Below are positions 7,201-16,947 of a DNA stretch of 64,000 nucleotides, piece after piece. The stretch comes from a virus (Duplodnaviria; Caudoviricetes). The notes beneath the pieces are model-generated. The model did not search any database. It saw nothing but the letters and a program-made list of their open reading frames with translations, and was not told where the DNA came from. The number at the start of each line of letters is the position of its first letter. Position 1 is the stretch's first letter. A program made the position numbers and the translations under genes. The stretch lies in IMG/VR virus record IMGVR_UViG_3300038345_000094, positions 38,258 through 102,257 of that record, one strand, 5' to 3'.

Positions 7201-8447
7201 ACATCACAGTTGTATCTTCTGAGGGTTACGGTCGGTTATATATCCATCAGACCCTCTTAGACTACATCAGTGGTAACACGCTTATAATCACGCGGAACAA
7301 CGAAACTCAACAGTCTTGGCGATTGTCAATCGTGTCTGCAAACAGCACACCAGACAACGTCCCAAAGAGAACACTTGATTCTATATTCCGAGAGTTCCAT
7401 TTCTTGAATGGATACGGAATGAATCCTGACGCGTATGATATCTCCACTCGTTTCTATGACAACGTTATTCTTGACGATGTCTGGATGGTTTATCAATCGG
7501 CAGTTATATCGACTTGGATTTCAAGAGTGAAAACCACAAATCCAGCGATAAACTTCATTGGAATCAGCGAAACGATAGGAGAATCTTACAAAACAAGGAT
7601 AGATCCAAGAATAACCGACATCGAATTAGTGTTTGCTTCAAGGTTAAAAGCTACCTTGGAAAGTAAGTTAGAGAATAAACCAATCAAGGCTCCGCAGCAT
7701 GTTCTTCATATCATAAAGAATGACATGTTGCACGACAAGACGATTCATTCGATTTCTTACTCTCCAAATGGAAAGCATTTTGCCTTGACTTCCTGCATCG
7801 ATATCGGCATCTTTGCTGAAGACATATTTGAGTTTAAAGACAGGGAAATCTCAGCGTTCGCTCCTATTCCAAGGTGTATAGACGAGCTTTACAAGGCGAT
7901 GAATCTATTATCTACGGCGATGACGTTCGACCCGTCTGCCGACAAGGGGAAAGCAATGGGATTCCTATCTTCGCAGTTAAACAGCTTATTGTTCTCGCTT
8001 GACAGACAGAACTTGACTAACAGCAAGTTATTGGATGCCATGCAAGTATCAATGAGAGACCAGAAGAATATTATTTTCTGTGACATCAAACAAAGCGATT
8101 TTCTTAGACAGTACACTAACTGGTATCTGAAGAGAAGATTCGGAGACCAGACATTAGGATTCGCGATTGATAGTTTCCTTAAAAAGAAATACTCAACGCT
8201 GTGTATTGAAGATCGTTCGTATGAGCCAACAGTAGAGATTCTGAAGGACTGCGATAACGTCTTGCTATTCGGTTCCAACAAGTATGACAGGAGTCTGATT
8301 TTGGACATCCACGCAAAAGCAAAGGGTGATCTGAATATCATTACTTTTGTCACGCCGAAAACCATTGATGAGTCTAATGTCCTCATGGCCGTTAAAGGCA
8401 TTGAGGATAATTCTCTCACCATCTTAACGCATGATTTATCATCTTGA
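7197..8447 (+). CDS. degenerate SF2 helicase-like protein
   Basis: Motif remnants in SF2 order: VVSSEGYGRL (I), VILDDVW (II), IGISETI (III), C-terminal IITFVTPKTIDE; Walker A Lys and DExH absent. Confidence 0.55.
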   Translation: MNITVVSSEGYGRLYIHQTLLDYISGNTLIITRNNETQQSWRLSIVSANSTPDNVPKRTLDSIFREFHFLNGYGMNPDAYDISTRFYDNVILDDVWMVYQSAVISTWISRVKTTNPAINFIGISETIGESYKTRIDPRITDIELVFASRLKATLESKLENKPIKAPQHVLHIIKNDMLHDKTIHSISYSPNGKHFALTSCIDIGIFAEDIFEFKDREISAFAPIPRCIDELYKAMNLLSTAMTFDPSADKGKAMGFLSSQLNSLLFSLDRQNLTNSKLLDAMQVSMRDQKNIIFCDIKQSDFLRQYTNWYLKRRFGDQTLGFAIDSFLKKKYSTLCIEDRSYEPTVEILKDCDNVLLFGSNKYDRSLILDIHAKAKGDLNIITFVTPKTIDESNVLMAVKGIEDNSLTILTHDLSS

Positions 8448-9030
8448 TTCGCGGCAGCTTTCAAGAGATGGGCTCTTCCTTGAAGATGTCCTTGCAATGC
8501 TCTTGATTAAGCACTGTTCGAATCTAAATTTACTGTTTGAAAGGCTTCTTGAAAAAGGACTTATCGAGAAGAACGCGAATATGAACGGCTCGTACTATCT
8601 GCCTGAAGGTGTCCTTCACGAGTTAGAAGATGCCATTCAACGCTGTGCACCGACCTCCTCGCAAGATGAGGTTATAGAAACGCTGGCTCGTAAAATGATT
8701 GCGATGTTCCCTACCGGCTTGAAGCCGGGCACTAGGCAGTCATGGCGCGGTAACATCAATGATATATCTCGCCGGTTGAGGAAATTCCAAGAGAGATATC
8801 CTCAATACCGGGTAGATAAAATCCTTGATGCAACCAAGCGATATGTCGAGTCGTTTAACGGCCAGTACGACTATATGAGAATCCTGAAGTATTTTATCTG
8901 GAAGGATGAAACCAAGTATAACGACGAAGGACACGGTTATATCGATTCCTATTCGGACTTGGCTAATTTCATAGAGAATGAAGATGCAGGTAAGCCATCG
9001 GAAGGCACAGATTTCGCGACTCTTGTCTAA
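8431..9030 (+). CDS. replication-module protein (putative initiator/helicase loader)
   Basis: wHTH-like N-terminus; TAATG-coupled to dnaB. Confidence 0.55.
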   Translation: MIYHLDSRQLSRDGLFLEDVLAMLLIKHCSNLNLLFERLLEKGLIEKNANMNGSYYLPEGVLHELEDAIQRCAPTSSQDEVIETLARKMIAMFPTGLKPGTRQSWRGNINDISRRLRKFQERYPQYRVDKILDATKRYVESFNGQYDYMRILKYFIWKDETKYNDEGHGYIDSYSDLANFIENEDAGKPSEGTDFATLV

Positions 9031-9193
9031 TGGGTTCACTGGTAGACAGGGTAATTGACGCACTTGAAGAGCGAAGGGAAAGATTAGAAAGCGGTCAAAT
9101 AAACTGCATACCGTCGCCATTCAAGAGATTTTCAAACAACTTCGTCGGGATAGAACAAGGTAAATACTATCTCGTATCTGCAGCAACTAAGGC
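9030..9193 (+). CDS. dnaB: DnaB-like replicative helicase, exon 1
   Basis: NCIPSPFKRF...GIEQGKYYLVSAATKA ends halfway through Walker A. Confidence 0.85.
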
Positions 9194-9231
9194 AAAAGTA
9201 AAGGTGTTATTAATTTCTTGTTAAATGCGTG

Positions 9232-9260
9232 TTGTAATTAAATAATATTTTGTATATTTG
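9232..9260 (+). promoter_or_regulatory. Bacteroidota sigma70-type promoter for the intron endonuclease
   Basis: TTG-N18-TATATTTG. Confidence 0.65.
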
Positions 9261-9276
9261 CAAAAATTATTTAATT

Positions 9277-10047
9277 ATGCAGAGTATAAAACAAAATCTT
9301 AAAAGAAGCGGTGTATATGTAATACTAAACAAGTTGAACAATCACCGCTATGTTGGAAGCAGTAAAAATATCTATAGTAGATTATTGAAGCATCGATCAT
9401 TACTTAGAACGGGTAAACACGAAAATTCTCATTTGCAAAACGCATGGGATAAATACACAGAATCAAATTTCGATTATGCGGTTTTGGAGTATTGTGAAAT
9501 AAATAAATTGTATGAAAGAGAACAATTTTTTATTGATACATTATCTCCAGAATACAATATCGCTCCACGTGCTGATTCTGCTGGATTTATTTCAGAAAAC
9601 ATGAGAAAAAATATGTCTATATCAAGAATTACTGGCATAAAAAACGGAAGTATTCCCAAGACGCACAATAAACCAATTTTTGTATACAATAAAAACGGGG
9701 AATTTGTCGGATATTGGGACTCAATTCGTAGTGCTTGTTTAGCTCTTAGAATAGACTATTCGTGTGTGCAAAGAGTAATAAAAGGCGAATATACACAAAC
9801 TTGCGGGTATAAATTCTTTTCCGAAAAACAAGACATCGTTGCTCCATTCAAAAAAGCAAAAGGCGAGCATGCAGTGCCAAGAAAAGTATTTGTATTCACT
9901 AGTGATGATGAAACGCTGAAATTTTACGGAATGGAAGAAGCCGCGAAATATTTCAATGTTACAATAAAGACACTTAGACAATATACTACTGGAAAACACA
10001 AATTTAAGAGAAAATATTATATAACATCGTATCTGCCGTGTGATTAA
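9277..10047 (+). CDS. GIY-YIG homing endonuclease with NUMOD1-like repeats
   Basis: SGVYVILN...YVGSS..IYSR..KH...HLQNAW...EREQ...YNI; AT-rich. Confidence 0.9.
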   Translation: MQSIKQNLKRSGVYVILNKLNNHRYVGSSKNIYSRLLKHRSLLRTGKHENSHLQNAWDKYTESNFDYAVLEYCEINKLYEREQFFIDTLSPEYNIAPRADSAGFISENMRKNMSISRITGIKNGSIPKTHNKPIFVYNKNGEFVGYWDSIRSACLALRIDYSCVQRVIKGEYTQTCGYKFFSEKQDIVAPFKKAKGEHAVPRKVFVFTSDDETLKFYGMEEAAKYFNVTIKTLRQYTTGKHKFKRKYYITSYLPCD

Positions 10048-10289
10048 GTAATTAATCATATTATAACTCCTGGATATCGTCGAAGGCTAAACGGAAACGC
10101 ATGCTAACTTGACGAGGCGAAGAGCTAATGACTCAGCCCAAGAGACTAAATACAGGAGCATCTTACTGGGATGAAGACATAGTCCAGACTACAAACAGTA
10201 TGATGGGTTTAATTCCCGTACTAGGCTAATGACCCGGTGAACGAGAAATCGTTAATGAAGATACTGGTGGTGAAAACCATAGTGGTACG

Positions 10290-10989
10290 AGGTAAGTCGC
10301 AGATTATGAACTACTTATTCCTGTATAATAGTATTTTCTATGCTTATAAACATCAGGATAAAGTTAGGCTAAGAATTCTGTATTACCCGCTTGAAGAGAC
10401 GCAAGAGGCAATCACAACTCGCTTTATGTGTTACTTGCTTTATGTGTTGTCTCACGGTGTTATCCGCAGATCTCCTACGGAATTGCGCTCTACAAAAGAG
10501 GACGATCCGATTGAACCGGAAGTGCTCGAATTGTTAAAGAGCGATACGTATCAATCGATACTGAATTTCTATGAAGATCATGTTACATTCCTGCCGGACC
10601 GAAACCCTACGGGTATTATGTATTCGGCCAAGAAGTACGCGGATAACAACGGGACGGAACACAAGAAGAAAGTCACCATAACGGATAGACATGGCGTAGT
10701 AGTAGACGAAAGAGAAGTCTTCGACTATTATGAACCAGCTGATTCCAACGAGTATGTGATGATCATTGTTGACCATATAAGTCTTATAGACACCGAACAG
10801 GGTAAAACCTTACGAGAGTGTATGAATATGCTTTCAGAGTATATGATGAGACTGAGAAATCGGTATAATTATATCCCTGTTATCATACAGCAGCAATCTC
10901 AGGAGACTCAGAGTCTTGAGGCTTTCAAGTTCAACAAGATCAGGCCAAGCGTTGCAGGTTTAGCAGACAGTAAATATCTTGCGAAGGAT
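10290..10989 (+). CDS. dnaB: DnaB-like replicative helicase, exon 2
   Basis: GKSQ, YYPLEE, IIVDHISLI (Walker B), IIQQQS, GLADSK. Confidence 0.88.
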
Positions 10990-11012
10990 TAATAACAATG
11001 TTTGTAATTGTG

Positions 11013-11043
11013 TTTGTTTATTTAAAAAGTTTTCTTATATTTG
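11013..11043 (+). promoter_or_regulatory. Bacteroidota sigma70-type promoter for the intron endonuclease
   Basis: TTTG-N19-TATATTTG. Confidence 0.75.
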
Positions 11044-11062
11044 CACCATAATTTTATAAGTT

Positions 11063-11884
11063 ATGGTACATTCAAAAATAAAAGAAAATTTAGAACTGTT
11101 CGAAAGGCTTTTCAACGACGGATTAAGCGATTATAAGATCGCAAAAATATTAGGTTTAAACCACGCTACGATATTTCAGTTTCGCAAAAAGCATGGATAC
11201 ATTAGAGACTCTCTTCGCACTGCAAAAGCAAGAGAATTAACTAATGTGGAAATGGAAGTAATAATTGGATCTTTACTTGGCGATGGAAATATGCGACGAA
11301 CCGGGAAGAATGCTTCGTTCTGTATTGGACATGGTCCTAAACAAAAGGACTACTGCTTCTACAAAACGAAACTTCTTGAAGATTTAGGCGCAAAATTTTC
11401 ATATTCTAAAAGAAAAGTTCCAGATAAGCGTAATGGGAAATTGTATGACACCTATTGGTGTAGAGTTGGTGCAAATCCAAACTTTAATCCAATCTATGAA
11501 GAGTTCTATAAGGACGGGAAAAAACATATTCCAATGGAATTAGTAAACAATTATTTCTCTCGTCTTTCATTGGCCATATTGTATATGGATGATGGAAATA
11601 AAACAGAGAATGGCTATACCATAGCGACTATGTGCTTTGATAGAGATGAGATAAATGAATTTAGAGCATTCTTGCTGTTAAAATTCAATTTAGAAACTTC
11701 TGTATTTGGTGATGGTCGTTTATATATTATGGCTAAAAGTGCTGATTTGTTTACCGATTTAATAAAAGAGTATGTTATAGACAGTATGCAATACAAACTT
11801 CATAGCAGTCCTTGTAAAACTGGGTTAAAAAGGGGAACTCCTGAAAAGGACAATCCTTTGCCAAGCTCTGATTTAAATGGTTAG
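11063..11884 (+). CDS. LAGLIDADG homing endonuclease with N-terminal HTH
   Basis: IIGSLLGDG and LAILYMDDG motifs. Confidence 0.9.
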   Translation: MVHSKIKENLELFERLFNDGLSDYKIAKILGLNHATIFQFRKKHGYIRDSLRTAKARELTNVEMEVIIGSLLGDGNMRRTGKNASFCIGHGPKQKDYCFYKTKLLEDLGAKFSYSKRKVPDKRNGKLYDTYWCRVGANPNFNPIYEEFYKDGKKHIPMELVNNYFSRLSLAILYMDDGNKTENGYTIATMCFDRDEINEFRAFLLLKFNLETSVFGDGRLYIMAKSADLFTDLIKEYVIDSMQYKLHSSPCKTGLKRGTPEKDNPLPSSDLNG

Positions 11885-12028
11885 AGAAGGCCAAACGACT
11901 AGGTGATGAAACTCAAATGAGAATATAATTCACCCACGAAATCCCAGCGCAGTGATGCGAAGATATAGTCTGAACTGCATAGTAATATGCAGAAGTAAAG
12001 GATAAAGAGCTTTTACGATAACATATTG

Positions 12029-12286
12029 TGTAATGTCATGCTGGGCGTAACCAATCCTTATGCCCACGAGCTGAAAGAGTATTTTGGCTATGATATTGCA
12101 AGACTAAAGGGTAGCATTAGATTTCTCGAATGTGTGATTAACCGTGACGGTGAAAGCAACGGGATAGTTGCCCTTTATTTCGACGGAGCAGTGAATTTCT
12201 TCACTGAAATGCCACCCCCGGACGATCTGGCGGGGATGGAAAAAGTCTATGCTATGATTCGCGATAGGGCGATTCGTAGATTATAG
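12029..12286 (+). CDS. dnaB: DnaB-like replicative helicase, exon 3
   Basis: CNVMLGVTNP...VINRDGE...LYFDGA; spliced product about 373 aa. Confidence 0.85.
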   Translation, partial: CNVMLGVTNPYAHELKEYFGYDIARLKGSIRFLECVINRDGESNGIVALYFDGAVNFFTEMPPPDDLAGMEKVYAMIRDRAIRRL

Positions 12287-12324
12287 GCTTATGGCTATAC
12301 GCCTCCCCCTTATACGCAACAAAC

Positions 12325-13011
12325 GTGGGAAATGTAGTAGCTATCATCGGTAAATCCGGTACTGGCAAGTCTACCAGCATAAAAACATTAGACCCTCGAG
12401 AAACGGTTATTCTCAACCTGCTGAATAAGCGCCTGCCATTCAAGGGCAGTGACAAGATGTACAACGCGGAGAACAAGAATCTCTTCGCGGTCGACACCTA
12501 TGATCGAATTATCGCCGTTGTCAATAATATCAGCGAGAAGGCTCCTCACATCAAGAACATCGTTATCGACGATATCTCATTCGTGATGCGGAAGGAGTTC
12601 TTTGCTCGTTCTAAAGAGCGTGGATATGAGAAGTTCAATGACATTGGTACTCATATGCAACAAGTGATTGTTGCTTGTGAGCATACAAGACCTGATTTGA
12701 ATATCTTCCTTATGTTCCACTCTGAAGATGTCGTTGATGGTGGCGATATTGTGGAATACAAGATTGCAACTGTCGGTAAGATGGTTGACCAGTCTTATAA
12801 TCCACTCGAAGTCGTTGAAGTCGCTCTGTTCTCAAGCAGCGAGTTCGATGCGGACGGCCATATCACCTATGGCTTCTATACGAAGAGACAAAAGGTGGAT
12901 GGAGTCGTTGTCCCGGCCAAATCTCCGGACGGTATGTTTGAGGAATCTTTCATTCCTAACGATCTCGGTGCGGTCATCAAGGCCATCGACGATTATCATA
13001 ATGCAGAATAG
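12325..13011 (+). CDS. AAA_24 / Sak4-like ATPase
   Basis: GKSGTGKST Walker A, IVIDD Walker B, AKSPDGMF...IPNDL. Confidence 0.85.
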   Translation: MGNVVAIIGKSGTGKSTSIKTLDPRETVILNLLNKRLPFKGSDKMYNAENKNLFAVDTYDRIIAVVNNISEKAPHIKNIVIDDISFVMRKEFFARSKERGYEKFNDIGTHMQQVIVACEHTRPDLNIFLMFHSEDVVDGGDIVEYKIATVGKMVDQSYNPLEVVEVALFSSSEFDADGHITYGFYTKRQKVDGVVVPAKSPDGMFEESFIPNDLGAVIKAIDDYHNAE

Positions 13012-13013
13012 AT

Positions 13014-13940
13014 ATGGCATTTGGCACAAGTTCAGCAAAACCAGTCTTCACGCGGTACACAGGAATCGGTATCGCTAAGGTCGTTGGCATCAATCCGACG
13101 ATGAAAGAAATCAATGACGCTTTTGGTCGTGAAGTTTATACAAACGAGCCCACTTATACACAAGAAGTGGAATATGATGGAGTGAAGTCGAAGATGAGCA
13201 GGGTTTCCTTCCTGCTTAAATTCGAAGCCTCTGATAATATGGGATATTCTGATTTGCATTTTCTTACTATCTCCATTACCAATAAGGTTATCAAGAGTTC
13301 TGATACGACGAACCCCAAGGTTCAAGTGATTGATGAATTCGGCCGTACGGCATGGGTGACAGAAGATGAATTCAAAGAGAAGAAGATTCCAGTCTACTCC
13401 AATGGGCCAGCTAAGCTTACAAACAACTATCACGCTGTCTTGCGTGGCGAAGAGCGTCTTGTGAAGTTCATCTCTGCTGTCAGGGCTACTCCTAGCATCG
13501 ATGTATGGGATCCAGACGGCAAGTGTTGGGTTACTAACAAACGAGAAGATGCAGAAAACTGCAAGAAGGAGATTCCTAAGGAAGACATGAAGAAGATCCT
13601 GAATGGCGATTTCTCTCCTGTCCGCTCTTATCTTGAGGATGTCAAGGACAACAAGGTTAAAGTTGTTCTCGGCGTTCAGACAAGCAATGACGGTCGTCAG
13701 TATAACACCATTTATGACGGTGATTTCATGACTGTTTTCCAGAAGAAAACGACTAACATAGAGAAATCTGTGCGTGAAGCGCAGGCTAATGGGAGATATC
13801 CGAATACTGTCTTTACTTTTGGTCCGCTCGTAGAAGCAACATCTGTGAAGCCGGATGATTTATCAAAACCTGTTGATCCGGCTATCTCCTCACCTAGCGC
13901 ATCTTCTTTCAATCCTCTTGACGACCTCCCATTTGACTAA
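13014..13940 (+). CDS. single-stranded DNA-binding protein (putative)
   Basis: Acidic DDLPFD C-terminal tip; located between the ATPase and primase. Confidence 0.65.
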   Translation: MAFGTSSAKPVFTRYTGIGIAKVVGINPTMKEINDAFGREVYTNEPTYTQEVEYDGVKSKMSRVSFLLKFEASDNMGYSDLHFLTISITNKVIKSSDTTNPKVQVIDEFGRTAWVTEDEFKEKKIPVYSNGPAKLTNNYHAVLRGEERLVKFISAVRATPSIDVWDPDGKCWVTNKREDAENCKKEIPKEDMKKILNGDFSPVRSYLEDVKDNKVKVVLGVQTSNDGRQYNTIYDGDFMTVFQKKTTNIEKSVREAQANGRYPNTVFTFGPLVEATSVKPDDLSKPVDPAISSPSASSFNPLDDLPFD

Positions 13941-14899
13941 TGTTTGGCAAGGAGAAGAAAAAAACTCAAGATGATATAACTAACGAGATGCTGTTAGCAT
14001 ACTATTTCGATGTCTATCAAGTACCATGCGTGATAAAATCACCATTCCGTACTGACAGGAAGCCATCCTTTAGTTTCTATAAGACACAATCAGGGAATAT
14101 ACGATTCAATGATTTTGCTTCTGGAGAAAAAGGAACGCTTCTTGAGGCGATAGCACGATTGAAAGAAGTTGATGTTGACAATATCTGGCAAGTCATACGA
14201 GACGATTTTTCATCTCCAGACACCAAGCATTATTTTGAAGACGAACGTATGACAACCATCGTCAGAAACGATCGGAGAGAATTCCGTATCAAAGTAAGAC
14301 GATGGGAGTCTTACGATCTCGATTATTGGGCTTCTTTTGGCGTTAATTTGGACTTTCTTACACGAATGGAAGTGTACCCTATCTCGCATGTTTTCATTGA
14401 AAAGAACGGCATTTTATGGCCGTTTCCGTGCGATAAATATGCGTACGCTTATGTGGAAAGAAAAGAAGGATTCGTGTCATATAAGATATATCAGCCCTTT
14501 AATACGAGTGGAAGAAAATGGCAGACTAATATGGACAAAAGTACTATCGGCTTATGGACTAAACTCCCAGAAGCAGGAGATAAAGTATGCATCTGTTCAT
14601 CATATAAGGACGCTATGAGTCTGTGGTGCAACACTGGGATACCAGCCATCGCCATTCAAGCCGAAGGGTTTGACATGAGTGAACATGCACAGAATGATCT
14701 TCGAAAGAGATTCAAAGAGGTTATCATCATCTTGGATAACGATAGACCAGGAATTGAATACTCGCAGCGACTGCAAAAACAGACTGGCTTCAAGAACGTT
14801 ATCATACCTCCATTCGATGGGGGTAAAGACATCTCTGACTTATACAAAGCAATTGGAGACAGAGATACATTCAAGAAGAAAATACTTGAAATACTATGA
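13940..14899 (+). CDS. dnaG: DNA primase (TOPRIM)
   Basis: SPFRTDRKPSF N-terminal domain, SSYKD, LDNDRPG, GKDISD. Confidence 0.85.
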   Translation: MFGKEKKKTQDDITNEMLLAYYFDVYQVPCVIKSPFRTDRKPSFSFYKTQSGNIRFNDFASGEKGTLLEAIARLKEVDVDNIWQVIRDDFSSPDTKHYFEDERMTTIVRNDRREFRIKVRRWESYDLDYWASFGVNLDFLTRMEVYPISHVFIEKNGILWPFPCDKYAYAYVERKEGFVSYKIYQPFNTSGRKWQTNMDKSTIGLWTKLPEAGDKVCICSSYKDAMSLWCNTGIPAIAIQAEGFDMSEHAQNDLRKRFKEVIIILDNDRPGIEYSQRLQKQTGFKNVIIPPFDGGKDISDLYKAIGDRDTFKKKILEIL

Positions 14900-15123
14900 A
14901 ATTTGGCGTTAGATTCCAAAAAATGTTCGCTATGTTTCCCGATATCGATCGTACAAAGATCGCACATAATCGGGTTACTAAGCTTACTCGGCCGGAGATG
15001 TATGAAATCCTTCGCGGGATGAAGGCATCCGGCATAAAGACACCAGCTCAGCCTACTCGTACTGGCTCTGAGGAGATGCGGTCTTTCATCTTCACGATAA
15101 TCGATAAGAACGTCTCCAAGTAA
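14896..15123 (+). CDS. small basic protein heading the ligase operon
   Basis: ATGA overlap with primase, TAATG overlap with the ATP-grasp gene. Confidence 0.65.
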   Translation: MKFGVRFQKMFAMFPDIDRTKIAHNRVTKLTRPEMYEILRGMKASGIKTPAQPTRTGSEEMRSFIFTIIDKNVSK

Positions 15124-15965
15124 TGAAAGCGAAAAGAGTGTCTTTCCACCTGTCCTTAAGATCGCGGAACACATCAAACCGTGAATTGAAGGACATTGTC
15201 TGTCCTGTCAAGACTATCTATCGTATGGGCAGTACGACTCCTACTGACGAAATTACGCATCGTAGGACATTCATAGAGATTAACACCGCTGATGCGTGTC
15301 GTATCTCTTCGAATAAGATTCTGATGAAGCGTAGATTCTGCCATGGGAAAGTCCGTACTCCGCAATTCTATATGATGGTGAACAACAGTCTCGACGGGCT
15401 ACGCGCAAGGACGAAACACCGGCTGGGAAAGTGGCCTGCTGGCATCATTGCCAAAAGGTATAACTCCAGTAAGGGAAACGGGCTTGCCCTTATCAAGAGT
15501 ATGGATGATTTCGAAAACTTCGTTACGGGCAAGTCTACCAATGAGTTGTCCAAGTGGATTTTCGAAAGATACTCTACCTACACGCGTGAATATCGTCTTC
15601 ACGTGACAAATGATGGTTGCTTCTACGCGTGTCGTAAGATGTTGCGCAATGAAGCAGATGTCAGATGGCACCGTCATGACGAGAATTCCGTGTGGATCAC
15701 CGAAGAAAACGATCTTTTCGATAAACCAAGCAATTGGGATGACATAGTTAAAGACTGTGTCTCGGCTCTTAAGTCCGTAGGGCTTGATATCGCCGCATTT
15801 GACATCAAGGTGCAGCGTTCCAACGGGGATTCGCCTAAATGGCTTATCCTCGAGTGCAACAGTGCGCCGGGCTTGGGTACAATCGGATTGGAAAAATATA
15901 AAGAAGAAATCCCAAAACTCATAAATGTCAAATTAAATGAACAAAGATTACCTCAAAATCGTTGA
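15123..15965 (+). CDS. ATP-grasp amide ligase (RimK/phiEco32-like)
   Basis: IIAK..SSKGNG, FERY, EYRLHV, AFDI, ILECNSAPGL (ExN). Confidence 0.88.
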   Translation: MKAKRVSFHLSLRSRNTSNRELKDIVCPVKTIYRMGSTTPTDEITHRRTFIEINTADACRISSNKILMKRRFCHGKVRTPQFYMMVNNSLDGLRARTKHRLGKWPAGIIAKRYNSSKGNGLALIKSMDDFENFVTGKSTNELSKWIFERYSTYTREYRLHVTNDGCFYACRKMLRNEADVRWHRHDENSVWITEENDLFDKPSNWDDIVKDCVSALKSVGLDIAAFDIKVQRSNGDSPKWLILECNSAPGLGTIGLEKYKEEIPKLINVKLNEQRLPQNR

Positions 15966-16947
15966 TGCCGTAGGCTCTTCTAGTCACGGCGTCGATTCCA
16001 CGTTCTCTTGTTCTGGCGACAGTAACCTGCCGATGCTGACTCGAATTTGCTTCGGCTCTTTCACTAAGTCGTTTTGCAGCAAGCGGAAAGTCGACATCAC
16101 GGTAAGAATGTTCAAGAACATTTGGAAACAAGGCTGTTATAATTGCAGTAAGGGTGTCACTCCCTTTACTTGCGAAGAGATAGTCCAGTATCTGAATGAT
16201 CTTCGGAAGATCTTTCCGTTCGAATTCGAAGTCGAAGAAAAGACCATTCCTCACAAGAGGTACGAAAACATGCTTTTCTCCGGCCGCAATGAAGACAAGG
16301 TTGATGTCATCGATGTGACTTATCATATCGAAGGACCTCATATTGCCTTCATGTTCATCCTGTCGCTTCAGCGATTCCTCTATGCCTTTGGCGATTCGTT
16401 CTATCTCGCTCTCGCTTTCGAGATCAAGAATGGCGGCTATGGTTTCGATAAGATGAATCTCTTCAACATTCTGAATTGCGTCATCTCTACGACTCACTGC
16501 CGTTACATGGGGAATGATATGTATCATCTCAACCCAGAGAACTTCGTATATCTCCTTAACTCGAAAGACTTCAGGGAGATGCTTATCGCTCGTGAAGAAC
16601 TGGCGCAGCAGAAGTATGAAGACGGTTGTGCTGATCTTCATCTGAGTATGCCGTACGTTAATGACTCTCGTCTTAAGCGTATGCGTGTGGACAATCCGCA
16701 CCGCTTCACGTGCTTTAAAGAAGGAAACGATGATGCCAAGAAGGTAATACTTGACACTATTATCTTCAATCTCGGAATCCTCCGCGAGTACAACGGCTTC
16801 GGAGAGAAGGCGAAGATCAAGAGAGACGCCCTTGCGGCCAAGACAAAAGAGATATTCCGCGATCAAATCAATTGCTACGGCGAAAGAGAAGACAGCGATA
16901 TCATCTCCGTCAAGACACACATCGATGAAACCAGACTAGCCGAATGA
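15937..16947 (+). CDS. uncharacterised protein within the ligase operon
   Basis: 336-aa ORF overlapping both neighbours. Confidence 0.7.
   Translation: MNKDYLKIVDAVGSSSHGVDSTFSCSGDSNLPMLTRICFGSFTKSFCSKRKVDITVRMFKNIWKQGCYNCSKGVTPFTCEEIVQYLNDLRKIFPFEFEVEEKTIPHKRYENMLFSGRNEDKVDVIDVTYHIEGPHIAFMFILSLQRFLYAFGDSFYLALAFEIKNGGYGFDKMNLFNILNCVISTTHCRYMGNDMYHLNPENFVYLLNSKDFREMLIAREELAQQKYEDGCADLHLSMPYVNDSRLKRMRVDNPHRFTCFKEGNDDAKKVILDTIIFNLGILREYNGFGEKAKIKRDALAAKTKEIFRDQINCYGEREDSDIISVKTHIDETRLAE

Larger units (their letters stand above)
9194..10289 (+). mobile_element. group I intron 1 in dnaB (boundaries within a few nt)
   Basis: P3 CTCCTG/CAGGAG, P7 GACTA/TAGTC, J8/7 GAAGACATAG; splicing restores AATKAGKS. 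Confidence 0.85.
10990..12028 (+). mobile_element. group I intron 2 in dnaB
   Basis: Exon ends in T (GAT), intron ends in G; P3 CTGGG/CCCAG, P7 GACTA/TAGTC, J8/7 GAAGATATAG; splicing gives AKD|CNVMLG. Confidence 0.9.

Noticed and set aside
6568-11958. Repeat CGCAGTGATGC at two sites
   Set aside because: Explained as a common GNRA-capped hairpin in a terminator and in an intron helix.
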